Source of the DNA: Mycobacterium tuberculosis H37Rv
GTDB taxonomy: Bacteria; Actinomycetota; Actinomycetes; Mycobacteriales; Mycobacteriaceae
Direction: 5' to 3'
Length of the DNA stretch: 32,000 nucleotides
NCBI RefSeq assembly: GCF_000195955.2
Contig: NC_000962.3
Coordinates: forward strand, 4,200,001 to 4,232,000
The translations under genes and the position numbers were made by a program. Below are positions 27,529 to 32,000 of this stretch, in pieces. Within the stretch, counting starts at the first letter, position 1. Each line of letters begins with the position of its first letter. The notes below the pieces were generated by a model, which saw only the letters and a program-made list of their open reading frames with translations, was not told the origin of the DNA and ran no database searches.

Positions 27529-28350
27529 GTGTCGGATCCGCACCATCCCCATATCCAGACGCACAACGCGTGGGTGGAGTTCCCTATCTTCGACGCCAAG
27601 TCACGTTCGCTGAAGAAGGCGGTCCTGGGTAAAGCGGGCGGCACCATCGGGCGCAACAACTCCAACGTCGTCGTCATCGAAGCGTTGCGCGACATCACCA
27701 TGGAGCTGAACCTGGGTGACCGGGTCGGTCTGGTCGGACACAACGGAGCCGGCAAATCGACGCTGCTACGCCTGCTTTCGGGCATCTACGAGCCCACCCG
27801 CGGCTGGGCGAAGGTCACCGGAAGGGTGGCGCCGGTCTTCGATCTGGGCATCGGCATGGACCCCGAGATCTCCGGCTACGAGAACATCATCATTCGTGGG
27901 CTGTTTCTGGGACAGACCCGCAAACAGATGCAGGCGAAAGTGGATGAGATCGCCGAATTCACCGAATTGGGCGAGTACCTTTCGATGCCGCTGCGCACCT
28001 ATTCCACCGGGATGCGAGTCCGCCTGGCGATGGGCGTGGTCACCAGCATCGACCCAGAGATCCTGTTGCTCGACGAAGGCATCGGCGCCGTGGACGCCGA
28101 CTTCCTGAGGAAGGCCCAGTCCCGGCTGCAGAATTTGGTCGAACGTTCCGGGATCCTGGTTTTCGCAAGCCATTCCAACGAGTTTTTGGCTCGACTATGC
28201 AAGACCGCGATATGGATTGACCATGGCGTCATCAGGCTCGCCGGTGGTATCGAAGAGGTGGTACGGGCCTACGAGGGTGAGGACGCCGCCCGGCACGTGC
28301 GCGAAGTACTGGCCGAGACCCAGGCCGACAGACAGAACGTCCAGGGATGA
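27529..28350 (+). CDS. rfbE: ABC transporter ATP-binding protein for polysaccharide (galactan) export, Wzt-like
   Basis: Walker A GHNGAGKST, signature YSTGMRVRLAMGV, Walker B ILLLDEGI, switch FASHS. Confidence 0.93.
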   Translation: MSDPHHPHIQTHNAWVEFPIFDAKSRSLKKAVLGKAGGTIGRNNSNVVVIEALRDITMELNLGDRVGLVGHNGAGKSTLLRLLSGIYEPTRGWAKVTGRVAPVFDLGIGMDPEISGYENIIIRGLFLGQTRKQMQAKVDEIAEFTELGEYLSMPLRTYSTGMRVRLAMGVVTSIDPEILLLDEGIGAVDADFLRKAQSRLQNLVERSGILVFASHSNEFLARLCKTAIWIDHGVIRLAGGIEEVVRAYEGEDAARHVREVLAETQADRQNVQG

Positions 28351-29261
28351 CTGAATCGGTCTTCGCCGTTGTGGTAACCCACCGGCGCCCCGACGAGCTG
28401 GCCAAGTCGCTGGATGTGCTGACCGCCCAGACCCGGTTACCGGACCACCTGATCGTGGTCGATAACGACGGTTGCGGCGACAGCCCGGTCCGCGAGCTTG
28501 TCGCGGGACAACCGATCGCCACCACGTATTTGGGGTCACGCCGAAACCTGGGCGGTGCCGGCGGTTTCGCGCTGGGCATGCTGCACGCGCTGGCACAGGG
28601 CGCCGATTGGGTGTGGCTGGCCGACGACGACGGGCACGCGCAAGATGCTAGGGTACTGGCAACCCTGCTGGCGTGCGCCGAGAAGTACAGCCTCGCCGAG
28701 GTGTCACCGATGGTGTGCAACATAGACGACCCGACGCGGCTGGCGTTTCCGTTGCGGCGTGGCCTGGTATGGCGCAGGCGCGCAAGTGAATTGCGCACCG
28801 AGGCGGGCCAAGAGCTGCTGCCTGGGATCGCATCACTGTTCAACGGCGCACTGTTTCGGGCATCCACCCTAGCGGCGATCGGCGTGCCTGACCTGCGGCT
28901 GTTCATCCGCGGCGACGAGGTGGAGATGCACCGCCGGCTGATCCGGTCCGGTCTACCGTTCGGAACCTGTCTGGACGCGGCCTACCTGCACCCCTGCGGA
29001 TCAGACGAATTCAAGCCGATCCTTTGTGGCCGCATGCACGCCCAATATCCCGACGATCCCGGGAAGCGGTTTTTCACCTACCGCAACCGTGGCTATGTAT
29101 TGTCGCAACCCGGCCTGCGCAAACTATTGGCCCAGGAATGGCTGCGGTTCGGCTGGTTCTTCCTGGTGACCCGCCGCGACCCTAAAGGCCTGTGGGAGTG
29201 GATTCGGTTGCGCCGCCTGGGCCGTCGGGAGAAGTTTGGCAAGCCTGGAGGATCTGCATGA
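28347..29261 (+). CDS. glfT1: Galactofuranosyl transferase 1 (GT2)
   Basis: 304 aa: VFAVVVTHRRPDELAKSLDVL, WVWLADDDGHAQD (DDD metal-binding motif), DEVEMHRRLIRSG. ATGA overlap with the upstream gene. Confidence 0.93.
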   Translation: MTESVFAVVVTHRRPDELAKSLDVLTAQTRLPDHLIVVDNDGCGDSPVRELVAGQPIATTYLGSRRNLGGAGGFALGMLHALAQGADWVWLADDDGHAQDARVLATLLACAEKYSLAEVSPMVCNIDDPTRLAFPLRRGLVWRRRASELRTEAGQELLPGIASLFNGALFRASTLAAIGVPDLRLFIRGDEVEMHRRLIRSGLPFGTCLDAAYLHPCGSDEFKPILCGRMHAQYPDDPGKRFFTYRNRGYVLSQPGLRKLLAQEWLRFGWFFLVTRRDPKGLWEWIRLRRLGRREKFGKPGGSA

Positions 29262-30100
29262 CATTCATGGATGCTCAAGCTAGCTTCCAGACACAGTCGC
29301 GGACACTGGCCCGCGTCCGAGGCGATCTGGTCGACGGGTTCCGCCGCCACGAGCTGTGGCTGCACCTGGGCTGGCAGGACATCAAGCAGCGGTACCGCCG
29401 CTCGGTGCTGGGGCCGTTCTGGATCACCATCGCCACCGGAACGACCGCCGTCGCGATGGGCGGCCTGTATTCCAAGCTGTTTCGGCTCGAGCTGTCTGAG
29501 CACCTGCCCTACGTCACGCTCGGGCTGATCGTCTGGAACCTGATCAACGCCGCCATCCTGGACGGCGCAGAGGTTTTCGTCGCCAACGAAGGTCTGATCA
29601 AACAGCTGCCGGCACCGTTGAGCGTGCACGTCTATCGGTTGGTGTGGCGGCAGATGATCTTCTTCGCCCACAACATCGTCATCTACTTCGTCATCGCGAT
29701 CATCTTTCCTAAGCCGTGGTCGTGGGCGGATCTGTCGTTTCTTCCGGCGCTGGCGCTCATTTTCCTCAATTGCGTTTGGGTGTCACTGTGTTTCGGCATC
29801 CTGGCGACCCGCTACCGCGACATCGGCCCGCTGCTGTTTTCCGTTGTGCAGTTGTTGTTCTTCATGACGCCGATCATCTGGAACGACGAGACCCTGCGTC
29901 GGCAGGGCGCGGGCCGCTGGTCGAGCATCGTCGAGCTCAACCCGCTGCTGCACTATCTGGACATCGTGCGGGCGCCACTGTTGGGCGCTCACCAGGAGCT
30001 GCGGCACTGGCTGGTGGTGCTGGTGTTGACCGTCGTCGGCTGGATGCTGGCGGCGTTCGCGATGCGGCAGTATCGCGCGCGGGTGCCCTACTGGGTGTAG
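29258..30100 (+). CDS. rfbD: Polysaccharide (galactan) ABC exporter permease, Wzm-like
   Basis: 280 aa: QDIKQRYRRSVLGPFWITIATGTTAVAMGGLYSKLF, typical ABC-2 permease; ATGA overlap with glfT1. Confidence 0.93.
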   Translation: MTFMDAQASFQTQSRTLARVRGDLVDGFRRHELWLHLGWQDIKQRYRRSVLGPFWITIATGTTAVAMGGLYSKLFRLELSEHLPYVTLGLIVWNLINAAILDGAEVFVANEGLIKQLPAPLSVHVYRLVWRQMIFFAHNIVIYFVIAIIFPKPWSWADLSFLPALALIFLNCVWVSLCFGILATRYRDIGPLLFSVVQLLFFMTPIIWNDETLRRQGAGRWSSIVELNPLLHYLDIVRAPLLGAHQELRHWLVVLVLTVVGWMLAAFAMRQYRARVPYWV

Positions 30101-30135
30101 GGACTATTCCGGCGGCTATAGCCGACCGGCTTCTT

Positions 30136-30154
30136 TCACGCGGCTTGCGCGTGA
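30136..30154. repeat. Perfect 7-bp stem / 5-nt loop inverted repeat TCACGCG-GCTTG-CGCGTGA
   Basis: Read directly in the intergenic gap 30101..30255. Confidence 0.85.
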
Positions 30155-30255
30155 CGGGCCGCCGTTGATCTCAAGATCGGCTGGCAACGGCCGCGTACCA
30201 GCGGCAGCATGGATTAGGTTCACCGTTTGCCGATGAGGCTCAGAGGGCGGGACGG

Positions 30256-31236
30256 ATGGAAATACTTGTCACCGGGGGCGCGGGCTTCCAGGGAAGCCAT
30301 CTGACCGAGTCACTGCTGGCCAATGGGCATTGGGTCACTGTCCTCGACAAGTCTTCGAGGAATGCGGTTCGTAACATGCAGGGATTTCGTTCGCATGACC
30401 GCGCCGCGTTCATATCCGGTTCGGTAACCGACGGCCAGACGATCGACCGCGCGGTGCGGGACCATCACGTCGTATTTCACCTGGCCGCGCATGTCAACGT
30501 GGACCAGTCCTTGGGCGACCCGGAGAGCTTTCTCGAAACCAATGTCATGGGAACCTACCGCGTCCTGGAAGCCGTCCGGCGCTACAGGAACCGCTTGATA
30601 TACGTATCGACGTGCGAAGTCTACGGCGACGGACACAATCTCAAGGAAGGCGAACGACTTGACGAACACGCGGAGCTGAAGCCGAACAGTCCATATGGCG
30701 CTTCCAAGGCGGCGGCCGACCGCTTGTGCTACTCGTACTTTCGCTCCTACGGACTCGACGTCACGATCGTCCGTCCGTTCAACATCTTCGGCGTCCGCCA
30801 AAAGGCTGGGCGATTCGGCGCGCTGATTCCGCGGCTGGTCCGCCAGGGCATCAACGGTGAAGGCCTGACAATCTTCGGCGCAGGTAGCGCAACCCGGGAT
30901 TACCTGTATGTCAGTGACATCGTGGGCGCGTACAACCTGGTATTACGAACTCCAACCCTGCGTGGTCAGGCCATCAATTTTGCCAGCGGGAAAGATACCC
31001 GGGTGAGGGACATCGTCGAGTATGTTGCGGACAAGTTCGGTGCCAGGATCGAGCACCGCGACGCTCGCCCCGGAGAGGTCCAGCGCTTTCCCGCTGACAT
31101 TTCGCTTGCCAAAAGCATCGGGTTCCAGCCGCAAGTCGAAATTTGGGACGGCATCGATCGCTATATCAATTGGGCCAAGGATCAGCCCCAATACCCATAT
31201 GAGCAGGACGGGTTTAGCGGTTCCAGCGTTCTCTAA
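30256..31236 (+). CDS. NAD-dependent sugar-nucleotide epimerase/dehydratase
   Basis: 326 aa SDR-extended: VTGGAGFQGSHLTESLL, STCEVYG, YGASKAAADRLCYSY (YxxxK). Confidence 0.93.
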   Translation: MEILVTGGAGFQGSHLTESLLANGHWVTVLDKSSRNAVRNMQGFRSHDRAAFISGSVTDGQTIDRAVRDHHVVFHLAAHVNVDQSLGDPESFLETNVMGTYRVLEAVRRYRNRLIYVSTCEVYGDGHNLKEGERLDEHAELKPNSPYGASKAAADRLCYSYFRSYGLDVTIVRPFNIFGVRQKAGRFGALIPRLVRQGINGEGLTIFGAGSATRDYLYVSDIVGAYNLVLRTPTLRGQAINFASGKDTRVRDIVEYVADKFGARIEHRDARPGEVQRFPADISLAKSIGFQPQVEIWDGIDRYINWAKDQPQYPYEQDGFSGSSVL

Positions 31237-31319
31237 TACACCCGTCGCCGCCATCGTCTGCCGGTAAAGTGGGCCGAAATGGCGCGGAACTACCAGCTGG
31301 AAGGATTACCTCCCATTCG

Positions 31320-32000
31320 ATGGTGACCGTAGCACGCCGACCGGTGTGCCCGGTGACGCTGACACCGGGTGACCCGGCGCTAGCGTCGGTGCGCGACCTG
31401 GTCGACGCGTGGAGCGCGCATGATGCGCTGGCAGAGCTGGTCACGATGTTCGGCGGCGCGTTTCCGCAGACGGACCATCTGGAAGCGCGGCTGGCGAGCC
31501 TGGACAAGTTCAGCACGGCATGGGACTACCGGGCGCGCGCACGTGCAGCACGAGCGCTCCACGGCGAACCGGTGCGGTGCCAGGACTCCGGCGGTGGGGC
31601 GCGATGGCTGATCCCCCGCCTGGACTTGCCGGCCAAGAAGCGGGACGCGATCGTCGGGTTGGCGCAGCAGCTGGGGCTCACCTTGGAATCGACCCCGCAG
31701 GGAACAACCTTCGACCACGTTCTAGTCATCGGCACCGGACGTCATTCCAACCTGATCCGGGCCCGCTGGGCCCGGGAATTGGCAAAGGGTCGCCAGGTTG
31801 GTCACATCGTGCTCGCCGCCGCATCGCGTCGATTGCTGCCCTCCGAGGATGACGCGGTCGCGGTCTGTGCGCCGGGCGCACGCACCGAATTCGAGCTATT
31901 AGCGGCCGCGGCAAGGGACGCATTCGGCCTGGACGTCCACCCAGCGGTGCGGTATGTGCGCCAGCGGGACGACAACCCGCACCGGGACAGCATGGTGTGG
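31320..32000 (+). CDS. Partial CDS, conserved hypothetical (Rv3785-like), open at right window edge
   Basis: Manual translation MVTVARRPVCPVTLTPGDPALASVRDLVDAWSAHDALAELVTMFGGAFPQTDHLEARLASLDKFSTAWDYRARAR...RYVRQRDDNPHRDSMVW with no stop; absent from the ORF track. Confidence 0.85.
   Translation, partial: MVTVARRPVCPVTLTPGDPALASVRDLVDAWSAHDALAELVTMFGGAFPQTDHLEARLASLDKFSTAWDYRARARAARALHGEPVRCQDSGGGARWLIPRLDLPAKKRDAIVGLAQQLGLTLESTPQGTTFDHVLVIGTGRHSNLIRARWARELAKGRQVGHIVLAAASRRLLPSEDDAVAVCAPGARTEFELLAAAARDAFGLDVHPAVRYVRQRDDNPHRDSMVW

Noticed and set aside
1-32000. CRISPR arrays, rRNA genes, long VNTR/MIRU-type repeats, intact prophage, intact restriction/defence cassettes
   Set aside because: None seen on reading; the only tRNA-like structures are the three tRNAs listed.

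Overview
This GC-rich actinobacterial chromosome segment matches, by gene order and recognisable proteins, the Mycobacterium tuberculosis complex region from about Rv3753c to Rv3785. That identification is from memory; no search was run. Left to right it contains: a partial tRNA-adenosine-deaminase-associated ORF; tyrA; a glycine-betaine/osmoprotectant ABC transporter (proZ-proW-proV-proX, minus strand); a LapA-like membrane protein; an APH-fold protein usually labelled fadE36; an alkylsulfatase-type metallo-beta-lactamase; lpqH (19 kDa lipoprotein); the tcrX/tcrY two-component system; a GH25 muramidase-like protein; a PPM/LCMT-type methyltransferase; small ORFs; a decayed insertion element; tRNA-Arg(ACG) and tRNA-Ser(GCT); hisC2; echA21; lipE; a 13E12-family HNH/DUF222 gene with an exact mycobacterial LexA box over its start codon; tRNA-Ser(TGA); a quinone oxidoreductase; a class V aminotransferase; and a tight cell-wall operon (large membrane protein, proteasome activator Bpa/PafE, Wzt-like ATPase, glfT1, Wzm-like permease) followed by a sugar-nucleotide epimerase and a partial ORF. 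I found no convincing new multi-gene defence or similar system. The items most worth a second look are the phage-lysin-like GH25 gene next to decayed mobile DNA beside two tRNA genes, the leaderless SOS-controlled 13E12 gene that runs antisense into a tRNA, several start-codon choices that add or remove catalytic or structural motifs, and several leaderless promoter architectures.
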